From: Angustibacter luteus | GTDB taxonomy: Bacteria; Actinomycetota; Actinomycetes; Actinomycetales; Angustibacteraceae | Assembly (NCBI RefSeq): GCF_039541115.1 | Contig: NZ_BAABFP010000002.1 | Coordinates: 558,001-622,000 of the forward strand | DNA: 64,000 bases | Reading direction: 5' to 3' | In this document: piece by piece, positions 28,324-39,046 of the stretch | Numbering within the stretch: position 1 is the stretch's first letter | Layout of the letters: every line of letters starts with the position of its first letter | The notes under the pieces: generated by a model | The model's database searches: none | Told to the model about the DNA's origin: nothing | Seen by the model: the letters and a program-made list of their open reading frames with translations, nothing else | Program-made: the position numbers and the translations under genes

Positions 28324-28364
28324 ACCGAAATCGTAGAGGGGCCCGGTGGCACCCGTTCCATCAC

Positions 28365-29642
28365 TCAGACCGTCAGCTGCTGGTCCTCGCGCGGGCGGTC
28401 CGGCTCGCCGGCCGCGAGCCGGAGCACCAGGTCCTGCAGGGCCTGCCGGATGGGGCTGCCGCGGCCGTGCTCGGCCAACGTCCGACCGTTCAGCATCGCC
28501 GCGTCCAGCGAGGCCTGGTCGTGCACGACGAGGACGGGATGGCTGACGTCGGCGTAGCGGCGCAGCGCGTCCCGGACCCGCCGTCCCGGGTTGGTGCCGA
28601 CGGGGCCGGCCCGCAGGCGGTTGACGACCACGACGGGCGGCTCGTCGCGCAGCTCGGCGAGGTCGCCGAGCCCGCGGACCAATCGCTGCAGCCCGACCGG
28701 GTCGGCGCTGCCCACGGCGAGGACGACGTCCGCGACCGAGAGTGCGCTCAGCGTCGCACCGTTGCGGCGCGGAGCCGCGGTGTCGAACGCGAGCTCCTCG
28801 TCCTGCTCCAGGCAGAACCCGACATCCACGACCGTCCAGGTGGCCAGCGAGCGGGCCAGCTCGAGGACGGCGCGCACCGAGCCCGCCCGCAGCTCCGGCC
28901 ACCGGTCCGGGCGGGTCACGCCGGTGAGCACCCGCAGCCGCTCACCCACCCAGGGTGCGTGCCCGGCCAGCGTCGCCAGGTCGAGCGACCCGCGGTCGGC
29001 GGCCCGCGCGGCGGCAGCCAGGCCCGACGACTCGTCGAGCAGGCCGAGGCTCTGCGCGACACTCGGACCGTAGGTGTCGCCGTCCACCAGCAGGGTGCTG
29101 GCGCCGCCGCCGGCGAGCTCCGCGGCCAGTCCGATGGCCACGGTCGTGCGACCGGGCGCACCCGTCGGCCCCCACACCGCGACGACCCGGCCGACGCCCG
29201 GGTCGAGCGGCTCCGGGTCGGTCAGCGGCACCGGCCGCGCCAGCGCGGCCCGCGGCTGGCCGTGGCCCAGGGCGGGTCCCGGGGATCGGTGGGCGGCGAG
29301 CAGGGCCTGGCCGACGACGCTCGGCGGACCGCCGGAGACGAGCACGTGCTCGACCCCGAGCCGGGCCAGCCGGGCCGCGGCCTCCGGCTCGTCGCGACCA
29401 GTCAGCACCACGAAACCGACCCCGTCGAGCCGCAACCGGTCCAGTGCCTCGGCGTCCAGTCCGCGCAGCGCCGCCGAGACGACCACGGACTCCACCACCC
29501 CGGAGGCGGCGCAGGCGAGCAGCTCGGTGACGTCGGCACACCGGCGCACGACGTCGATGCCCGGCACGGTGGCCAGCCCCGAGACCAGGGCGGGCTCGTC
29601 GTCCCCGGTGATGGCCGTCGCCACCCGCACCGTGGGGTTCAC
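28365..29642 (-). CDS. CpaE/MinD-like P-loop ATPase with N-terminal pseudo-receiver domain
   Basis: VVRRCADVTELLA receiver-like start; deviant Walker A GPTGAPGRTT; LVDGD, VVDVGF, VVVNR. Confidence 0.85.
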   Translation of the reverse strand: MNPTVRVATAITGDDEPALVSGLATVPGIDVVRRCADVTELLACAASGVVESVVVSAALRGLDAEALDRLRLDGVGFVVLTGRDEPEAAARLARLGVEHVLVSGGPPSVVGQALLAAHRSPGPALGHGQPRAALARPVPLTDPEPLDPGVGRVVAVWGPTGAPGRTTVAIGLAAELAGGGASTLLVDGDTYGPSVAQSLGLLDESSGLAAAARAADRGSLDLATLAGHAPWVGERLRVLTGVTRPDRWPELRAGSVRAVLELARSLATWTVVDVGFCLEQDEELAFDTAAPRRNGATLSALSVADVVLAVGSADPVGLQRLVRGLGDLAELRDEPPVVVVNRLRAGPVGTNPGRRVRDALRRYADVSHPVLVVHDQASLDAAMLNGRTLAEHGRGSPIRQALQDLVLRLAAGEPDRPREDQQLTV

Positions 29643-30355
29643 GAGCCGTCGTCCAGCACGGTGGCCGGCACGGGCACCAGGGTGATCCGGGCCTCGTTGT
29701 CGACGGCCGCGATGACCTCGGGGACCAGGTCCGGGCCGAGCAGCAGGTGGGCAGCCGACGACGTGGACGAGCCGAGGGCGCCGTGCTCGCTGGTGGTCGC
29801 CGCCACCTCCACCGAGGAGGCGATCCGGCGCGGCTCGGCGAACCCGTCGCTCGCACCGTCGCGGCGCAGTGACACCCACACGTCGACCAGCACGCCCGGC
29901 CCGAGCCGGCGCACCGCCGACGGGTCGAGCGGGACGGCGACCGGGCGCAGGTCGACCTCGGCCCGCTCGCCGACCGCACTGCGGGCCACCAGCTCACCGG
30001 CGCCGACGGTGCGCAGCACGACGCGGCCCTCCTCCGGCGGTCCCTCGGCGGCCAGGTAGCGGTCCAGGCCGGGATCCAGCCGCGCGCGGACCACCGTCAC
30101 GTCCTCCGCAGCCAGGCGCTGCCCGGGCACCAGCGTGTGCCGCGCCGCGTAGACCGGCACGGTGTCGTCCGCCGTGCGGACGACCAGGCCGCCGGCGACC
30201 ACCGAGCCGACCACGAGCAGGAGCCCGACGACCATCCGCGGGTCGCGCCACGACGGCGGCTGCAGACGGCGGGCGGGCCGACCGGGCAGCGGCGTCTCGG
30301 TCGCCCCCGCGACCGTGGTCGCGGCGGTCGTGGGCGCAGCGGCAGTGGTGGTCAT
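29639..30355 (-). CDS. SAF-domain (CpaB/FlgA-like) membrane-anchored protein
   Basis: RLQPPSWRDPR + TM, VYAARHTLVPGQRL, RTVGAGELV, GVLVDVW. Confidence 0.85.
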   Translation of the reverse strand: MTTTAAAPTTAATTVAGATETPLPGRPARRLQPPSWRDPRMVVGLLLVVGSVVAGGLVVRTADDTVPVYAARHTLVPGQRLAAEDVTVVRARLDPGLDRYLAAEGPPEEGRVVLRTVGAGELVARSAVGERAEVDLRPVAVPLDPSAVRRLGPGVLVDVWVSLRRDGASDGFAEPRRIASSVEVAATTSEHGALGSSTSSAAHLLLGPDLVPEVIAAVDNEARITLVPVPATVLDDGS

Positions 30356-30430
30356 GGTCCCCCCGGTCCGAACGTCAGCGTCGTACGTGCGGAGGACACT
30401 CTTGCGCAAAACGGACATCGCAGGTGGTCG

Positions 30431-30439
30431 TTGTCCACA
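30431..30439 (+). promoter_or_regulatory. DnaA box
   Basis: TTGTCCACA, exact match to actinobacterial DnaA box TT(G/A)TCCACA, in a divergent intergenic region. Confidence 0.6.
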
Positions 30440-30482
30440 ACGGGTCCGCGGTCGAACCCCTCGGTGGTGCGATACTCGCGCC

Positions 30483-30785
30483 GTGCCACCGCGCTTCCTG
30501 ACCCTGCCGGACGTCGCCGAGCAGCTGAACATCTCGGCCGCCCAGGCGTACGCCCTCGTGCGCTCCGGCGACCTGCCCGCGATCAAGGTGGGCGGGCGCG
30601 GCCAGTGGCGCGTCGAGACGAGCGAGCTCGAGACGTACATCCAGCGCCTGTACGCGCAGACGCGCGAGTTCGTGGACAGCCACCCGTTCGGCAGCACGGA
30701 TGGCGACGAGACCGACCGCGACGACGCCGTGGATGCCGACGAGCTCAGCCCAGGGACGTCGTCCCGGGCGCCGGCTGCACCGTGA
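30483..30785 (+). CDS. Excisionase/BldC-like (HTH_17) DNA-binding protein
   Basis: RFLTLPDVAEQLNIS..YALVRSGDLPAIKVGGRGQWRV. Confidence 0.9.
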   Translation: MPPRFLTLPDVAEQLNISAAQAYALVRSGDLPAIKVGGRGQWRVETSELETYIQRLYAQTREFVDSHPFGSTDGDETDRDDAVDADELSPGTSSRAPAAP

Positions 30786-31311
30786 CCAGTGCCGCGAACG
30801 GCACGACGCGGACGGCCCGCACGGCCTGACGCCGCCGGGCCAGGTCGGGCGCGTGCTCCGCGAGATCCAGGTGGTCGGCGCCCACGGCGTCGACGGTGCC
30901 GGTGAGCACAGCCCCGTCCGTGAGCAGCACCCGCACGGGGCTGCGGTCCCGGGCCACCGCACGCAGCACGGCTGAGAGCCCGTAGCGGCGCGCGGCGAGT
31001 CCGTGGCCGGCTGGGACCGCGCCCACCCCGAGCCCGCTCAGGCTCGTCACGGCGCGGGCCGGGACGAGGGTGACGGCCACGCCGCCCACGAGCAGCCAGT
31101 CGGGGCCGACGTCGCGCAGCTCGCCCGACAGGGTCGGCCCCACCCGTGGGTGCACCGCGAGGGGCTGACCCACCCACGCGAGCAGCCGGTCCGCCAGCGT
31201 CAGCCGCGACAGCTCGAGCCTGGTCCGTTCGGTCAGCTCACCGGCGACCTCCGCCGCATCGGCGGCGGCCAGCTGTGCCTGCAGGTCATCGAACAGCCGG
31301 TCCCAGCGCAC
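30745..31311 (-). CDS. Conserved hypothetical protein with two Sm/Hfq-like repeats
   Basis: MRWDRLFDDL coiled N-terminus, then two copies of a helix-V.V..G..L.G....VG.D.L...VP..A pattern. Confidence 0.8.
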   Translation of the reverse strand: MRWDRLFDDLQAQLAAADAAEVAGELTERTRLELSRLTLADRLLAWVGQPLAVHPRVGPTLSGELRDVGPDWLLVGGVAVTLVPARAVTSLSGLGVGAVPAGHGLAARRYGLSAVLRAVARDRSPVRVLLTDGAVLTGTVDAVGADHLDLAEHAPDLARRRQAVRAVRVVPFAALVTVQPAPGTTSLG

Positions 31312-31334
31312 GGCGGGAACCTATCAGTCCGGCT

Positions 31335-31343
31335 TTGTCCACA
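31335..31343 (+). promoter_or_regulatory. DnaA box
   Basis: TTGTCCACA in AT-rich divergent intergenic region. Confidence 0.6.
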
Positions 31344-31432
31344 AATTCACCCATCCTCTTGACGTGTCGATCGACGGCATACAAGTCTTAACTGCATCAA
31401 ACGCAAGCAAACAAAGGTATCAGGGGCTACCC

Positions 31433-32161
31433 ATGCGTCGCGGACTCGTGCTCGGCACCGGCCTGCTCGGCTCGTCCACCAGTGCCGTCGCCACCGGCGC
31501 AACGACCCGGACGGCCTGGCAGCTCCGAGTCGACGTCCAGCAGCCGGCCGACCTGCTGCTGGTCGTCGCGACCGGTGTGCTGGCCCTGCTGCTGTGCCGG
31601 CTGACCGGATTCACGGTGGCCGTCGTCGCGGCCGCGGCGGCACCGCGATCTACCCGCGTGCGTGGCCTCGCCACCGCGCTGAGTCCGCGCCTGCTCCGGC
31701 CGGTCGTCATCGCCGTCCTGGGCATGGGGATCGGCCTGAGCGGGGCAGCGGCCGCCTCAGCCAGCACCGCCGTCGGCACCGGGCCGCTCACCACGTCGGT
31801 GAGCGTCGGCTGGGAGGGCGGGGGTGCGTCAGCCTCAGACGTGGCTGACCCACGTCCCGTGGTCAACCCCGGGTGGGTCGCACCGACCCCGCGGACCCCG
31901 ACGACGGCCTCCGCCGACGTGCACCTCGTCAGCTCCGGACGGGCCGCCGCCCAGCCGGACGGCACCGTCGTCGTCCGACGCGGGGACTGCCTGTGGACGC
32001 TGGCCGCCCGCCAGCTCGGCGACCACGCCGGCGACGCCCAGGTCAGCGAGCAGTGGCACCGCTGGTGGGCCGTCAACCGGGCCACGATCGGGGACGACCC
32101 AGACCTGCTGGTCCCCGGCACCAGACTCGTCGTCCCGTCGACCACGGCAGGCGGGCGATGA
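31433..32161 (+). CDS. Membrane-anchored LysM-domain protein
   Basis: Hydrophobic N-half; C-terminal VVVRRGDCLWTLAA..NRATIGDDPDLLVPGTRLVVP. Confidence 0.88.
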   Translation: MRRGLVLGTGLLGSSTSAVATGATTRTAWQLRVDVQQPADLLLVVATGVLALLLCRLTGFTVAVVAAAAAPRSTRVRGLATALSPRLLRPVVIAVLGMGIGLSGAAAASASTAVGTGPLTTSVSVGWEGGGASASDVADPRPVVNPGWVAPTPRTPTTASADVHLVSSGRAAAQPDGTVVVRRGDCLWTLAARQLGDHAGDAQVSEQWHRWWAVNRATIGDDPDLLVPGTRLVVPSTTAGGR

Positions 32162-32727
32162 CGGCCACCGCGATGACGGCAAGCGCGATGACGGCCACGG
32201 CGACGCCGCTGCGACCCCTTCCGGTGCCGGACACCGCGCCGCCCGTCGAGTGGGTCGGCCGGCCGGGCGACGCAGCAGCAGCCGGACGACGACCCAGCCG
32301 GGCCGGCGGCCAGGTCTCGGTGCAGGGCGTGCTCAGGCTCGTCCTGGCGACGCCGCTGGACGAGGACGACGACTTCGGCCCGGTCCCGACCCCGCGCCGG
32401 GACCTGCCCGACCCGGCCGTCTGGGGTCGCGGCCTGGTCCAGGTGCTCCTCGAGGTCATGTCCGGGCAGCGCAAGGGCACGCAGCTGTTGCGCTGGACGA
32501 CCCCCGCCGTCTACGAGCTCGTGCGGGCGATGACCGTCCCACCCGCGAGCAGCGCGGCCCGCCAACGCCGACGCAGCCGGGTGGGCAGCCTGCACGTCTG
32601 CGAACCCGCCGACGGCGTCGCCGAGCTGGCCGCCGTGGTGACGGGCCAGGAACGCACGCACGCCATGGCCCTCCGGTTGGAGGGCCACGACGGGCGCTGG
32701 CGGGTCACCGCCTTCGAGACCTGCTGA
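32158..32727 (+). CDS. Rv3235-family (DUF6459) protein
   Basis: LPDPAVW..LLEVMSGQR..QLLRW, DGVAE, RTHAMALRLE..GRWRVT; adjacent to secA. Confidence 0.88.
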   Translation: MTATAMTASAMTATATPLRPLPVPDTAPPVEWVGRPGDAAAAGRRPSRAGGQVSVQGVLRLVLATPLDEDDDFGPVPTPRRDLPDPAVWGRGLVQVLLEVMSGQRKGTQLLRWTTPAVYELVRAMTVPPASSAARQRRRSRVGSLHVCEPADGVAELAAVVTGQERTHAMALRLEGHDGRWRVTAFETC

Positions 32728-32747
32728 GGGTCAGGACCGGCTGGCCC

Positions 32748-35507
<2,760 letters not shown>

Positions 35508-35597
35508 GCCATGTCTCCCGAGGGTTCACGGACCCGCCGCACGCGGGCCGCGTCCATCGTACGCATCGCTGCGGGCTGCTTCGGAGATACTGCCGTC

Positions 35598-36212
35598 ATG
35601 GCCGACCACTCCCCCACCGATCCCCTGACCGTGCCGGCGACCGGGCGGTGGCCGGCGGACGGGATCGCCGGCGCCGGGATCCGCCTGCGGGTCTGGCGTC
35701 CGGATGACCTCGCGGCCCTGCTCGAGCTGCTGTCCGACCCCGAGATGCGGCGCTGGTCACCGATGATCGAGCCGCCGAGCGAGGCCGACTGCGTGGCCCG
35801 GATCGGCAAGGCCATGCAGGCGGAGACGGACGGGCGGCCGAACGCGTTCGCCATCGTGGACGAGGCCGACCCCTCCCGGGTGCTCGGCAGCATGGACTGG
35901 CGCAAGGACCACCCGATGGTCGAGTTCTCGATCGTGGACGTCGGCTACGGCGTCGCCGCGACGGCCCGGGGCCGTGGGGTGGCCAGCGCCGCGCTGCGGC
36001 TGCTGGGCGACTGGCTGCTGGACCCCGCGGGCGGCGACGTGCACCGGGTCCAGCTCGACCACGCGGTGGAGAACGAGGGCTCGTGCCGCACCGCGCTGCG
36101 CGCGGGCTTCGCCATCGAAGGACGCCGCGACGTGTTCCTGCCCCTGCGCGAGACGGCGCAGTCGCCGCTGGTGCGGCACGATGTCTGCCTGCACGGGCAG
36201 GTCCGCCGCTAG
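35598..36212 (+). CDS. RimJ/RimL-type GNAT acetyltransferase
   Basis: C-terminal part of ORF 31824..36212: IRLRVW, VGYGV..ARGRGVAS, NEGSCR..RAGF. Confidence 0.88.
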   Translation: MADHSPTDPLTVPATGRWPADGIAGAGIRLRVWRPDDLAALLELLSDPEMRRWSPMIEPPSEADCVARIGKAMQAETDGRPNAFAIVDEADPSRVLGSMDWRKDHPMVEFSIVDVGYGVAATARGRGVASAALRLLGDWLLDPAGGDVHRVQLDHAVENEGSCRTALRAGFAIEGRRDVFLPLRETAQSPLVRHDVCLHGQVRR

Positions 36213-36511
36213 GGCGCCTCGGCGGGCACCACGAGGTCGGCGTACTCCGGGTGGCGCTCGATGTACGCCTTCACGAACGGGCAGAGCGGGCGCACCCGCA
36301 GGCCTTGCCGGCGGACGTCGTCCAGCGCCCAGCGCACCAGCGTGGAGCCCACGCCCTGACCCTCGAACGCGTCGTCCACCTCCGTGTGGGTGAACGTCAC
36401 GGTGGTGTGGTCCCGGCGGTAGAACGCCTTGCCAGCCACCTCGCCGTCCACCGTCGCCTCGTAGCGGTGCCTGTCGGCCCGGTCGCTGACCTCGATCTGC
36501 ACGTCACCCAT
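36209..36511 (-). CDS. Small GNAT (YjdJ / Acetyltransf_CG)
   Basis: HTEVDDAFEGQGVG, PLCPFV, HPEY. Confidence 0.92.
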   Translation of the reverse strand: MGDVQIEVSDRADRHRYEATVDGEVAGKAFYRRDHTTVTFTHTEVDDAFEGQGVGSTLVRWALDDVRRQGLRVRPLCPFVKAYIERHPEYADLVVPAEAP

Positions 36512-36581
36512 GGCGCCATCATGCCCATCGCCGTCCTGAATGGCGTTGCGAGGCGCCACGACCTGACGCCAGGGTGGGGCG

Positions 36582-37721
36582 ATGCTGCCACCCACGTTGA
36601 CCGACGAGGAGCACCCCGACGCGATCACGCTGCGGCCGCACACGGAGGCGGACGTCGAGGCCGTGCTGGCGATGTGCAGCGACCCGCAGGTGCAGCGCTG
36701 GACGACGGTGCCGGTGCCCTACGAGCGCCAGCACGCCGTCGACTTCATCGCCGGGCTCGAGTCGGACGACGACCTGACCTGGGCCGTCGACGCGACGGAC
36801 GACCAGGGCCCGCCGCGGTTCGCGGGCAACCTCAGCCTGCGGCCCAACCGGACCGGCGCGGCCGACCTCGGGTACGCGCTGGCACCGTGGGCGCGCGGCC
36901 GCGGCGTGATGTCGCGCGCCCTGCGGCAGGCCCTGACCTGGGGGTTCCGCGCTCCTGAGGAGGGCGGGCTGGGCCTGGTGGTCGTGCACTGGCAGGCGCA
37001 CGTCGGCAACTGGCCGTCGAGGCGGGTGGCCTGGGCCTGCGGGATCCGGGTCGAGGGGACGGTTCGCGGGCTGTGCCCCCAGCGCGGCCTGCAGCACGAC
37101 GCCTGGATCGGCTCGATCGTGCCGGGCGACCCGATGGAGCCGATCTCCCCGTGGTTGGCCGTGCCGACGCTGGCGAACGGGCAGGTCCGGCTCCGGCCGT
37201 GGCGCGCGGACGACGTCCCGCGGGTCGCGCAGGCCTGCGCCGACGAGCGCACCCAGCGCTGGCTGCCCGGCCTGCCCTCGCCGTACACGCTGGCCGATGC
37301 GCAGTGGTACGTCGGCTCACGCCAGGACGAGGCAGCCGACGGGGCCGGGCTGTACTGGTGCGTGGCGGACGCGACCAGCGACGAGTGCCTGGGCGCGATC
37401 AGCCTGATGAAGCTCGCCGGGCCGTTGCCCGACAACGAGATCGGCTACTGGGCGCACCCCGACGCCCGCGGGCGCGGCTTGCTGACCGCGGCGACCCGGC
37501 TGGTCATCGAGTACGCCCTCGCCCCGCCGGCCGAGGGTGGGCTCGGGGTGGACCGGGTCACCCTGCGCGCCGCCACCGAGAACAGCGCGTCGCGGGCGGT
37601 CGCCGAGCGAGCGGGACTGCTGGCCTACGGCACCGCGCACCGGGTGGACCGGCTGCGGGACGGGTCCGTCCAGGACCTCGAGCTGTACGAGGCACTGGCG
37701 GACGCCGTCCCGCCGGGGTGA
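36582..37721 (+). CDS. Tandem RimJ/RimL-type GNAT acetyltransferase
   Basis: Two GNAT domains: GYALAPWARGRG..NWPSRRVA and IGYWAHPDARGRG..NSASRAVAERAG. Confidence 0.92.
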   Translation: MLPPTLTDEEHPDAITLRPHTEADVEAVLAMCSDPQVQRWTTVPVPYERQHAVDFIAGLESDDDLTWAVDATDDQGPPRFAGNLSLRPNRTGAADLGYALAPWARGRGVMSRALRQALTWGFRAPEEGGLGLVVVHWQAHVGNWPSRRVAWACGIRVEGTVRGLCPQRGLQHDAWIGSIVPGDPMEPISPWLAVPTLANGQVRLRPWRADDVPRVAQACADERTQRWLPGLPSPYTLADAQWYVGSRQDEAADGAGLYWCVADATSDECLGAISLMKLAGPLPDNEIGYWAHPDARGRGLLTAATRLVIEYALAPPAEGGLGVDRVTLRAATENSASRAVAERAGLLAYGTAHRVDRLRDGSVQDLELYEALADAVPPG

Positions 37722-37731
37722 ACGTCAGGCT

Positions 37732-37992
37732 TCAGGCGGCGCGGGCCACGTGCCGGCCGGCCGGCCGGCGGCGCCGCGCAGTGGGCACGGCGGAGTGGGC
37801 GCGGCGACCGGCCAGCCGGGCCGGGGCCTCGGCGGTGAGGTCGGCGGAGACCCGCTCGGCGTCTCGGTCGAGCTGGGTCGAACCGGCGGTGGAGTCGACG
37901 CCGGCGCGGGTGCGCTTGGCGTTGACCTCGAGCTGGCGCAGCACCAGCGCGACGAAGGCGGTCAGGACCAGGAGTGTCAGTACGGTGCTCAT
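37732..37992 (-). CDS. Small membrane-anchored hypothetical protein
   Basis: N-terminal hydrophobic helix, DRDAER..DL motif; divergent from the AraC regulator; start could be 38004. Confidence 0.6.
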   Translation of the reverse strand: MSTVLTLLVLTAFVALVLRQLEVNAKRTRAGVDSTAGSTQLDRDAERVSADLTAEAPARLAGRRAHSAVPTARRRRPAGRHVARAA

Positions 37993-38020
37993 GGCAGTAA
38001 TCATGCGCTCATTGATATGC

Positions 38021-38064
38021 CGCCACTAGTGGCAGAGATGCCCTTGTGCAATAAGATCCTGCCA
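38021..38064. promoter_or_regulatory. Putative GlxA/AdpA-type operator
   Basis: Palindrome gccactagtggc plus inverted TGGCAG...CTGCCA in the divergent promoter. Confidence 0.55.
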
Positions 38065-38078
38065 CGTACGCTGCAGGG

Positions 38079-39035
38079 GTGCTGAGAACCGTCGCCGTAC
38101 TGCTCGTCGAGGACTGCGCGCCCTTCGAGTTCGGGGTCATCTGCGAGGTGTTCGGGATCGACCGCACCGAGGAGGGCGTGCCCCTGGTGGACTTCCGGGT
38201 CTGTGGTGAGCACCCCGGCCGACCACTGAGCCTGAGCGTCGGCGCGCAGGTCGTGCCCGACCACGGCCTGGACGACCTGGGGAAGGCCGACCTGGTCGCC
38301 GTCCCCGCCGCGCGGATCCGGGACGACTACCCGCCCGCCGTCCTCGATGCCCTGCGCCAGGCCGCGGCGAACGGCGCGACCCTGCTGTCCGTGTGCAGCG
38401 GCGCCTTCCTGCTCGGCGCCGCGGGCCTGCTCGACGGACGCCCGTGCACCACCCACTGGGCGCACACCGACGAGCTCGCCGAGCGGTTCCCGCTCGCCGA
38501 CATCGACCCGGACGTGCTGTACGTCGACGACGGCAACCTCGTGACCAGCGCCGGCACCGCCGCGGGTATCGACGCCGCCCTGCACCTGGTCCGCCGCGAG
38601 GTCAGCGCCGCGGCCGCGACCACCATCGCTCGGCGGATGGTCGTCCCCCCGCAGCGCGACGGCGGTCAGCGCCAGTTCATCGAGCAGCCCATTCCGAGCT
38701 GCGAGGCGGACAGCCTGCAGCCGGTGCTCGAGCTCATGCTGAGCGAGCTGCGCACCGAGCACACGGTCGCGACGTTGGCCCGACGGGCCAGCATGTCCGA
38801 GCGGACCTTCGCGCGGCGCTTCGTCGCCGAGACCGGCACCACACCGCACCGCTGGCTCACCACCCAGCGCGTGCTGCTCGCCCGCCAGCTGCTGGAGGAC
38901 ACCTCGCTCGGCGTCGACCAGGTCGCCGAGCGGTCCGGCTTCGGCTCGTCGGCGCTGCTGCGGCACCACTTCCGCAAGGTCGTCGGTGTCCCCCCTGCGG
39001 ACTACCGACGTACGTTCTGCCGCAGCAGCGCCTAG
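38079..39035 (+). CDS. GlxA/FtrA-family AraC regulator (DJ-1 + HTH)
   Basis: PFEFGVICEVFG, SVCSGAF, TTHW, TSAG, RDGGQRQF, MSERTFARRF. Confidence 0.95.
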   Translation: MLRTVAVLLVEDCAPFEFGVICEVFGIDRTEEGVPLVDFRVCGEHPGRPLSLSVGAQVVPDHGLDDLGKADLVAVPAARIRDDYPPAVLDALRQAAANGATLLSVCSGAFLLGAAGLLDGRPCTTHWAHTDELAERFPLADIDPDVLYVDDGNLVTSAGTAAGIDAALHLVRREVSAAAATTIARRMVVPPQRDGGQRQFIEQPIPSCEADSLQPVLELMLSELRTEHTVATLARRASMSERTFARRFVAETGTTPHRWLTTQRVLLARQLLEDTSLGVDQVAERSGFGSSALLRHHFRKVVGVPPADYRRTFCRSSA

Positions 39036-39046
39036 CCGTCCTGGAC

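Noticed and set aside
30483..30785. Excisionase as evidence of a prophage or ICE
   Set aside because: No integrase, att sites or phage genes; it sits in a core-genome-like context
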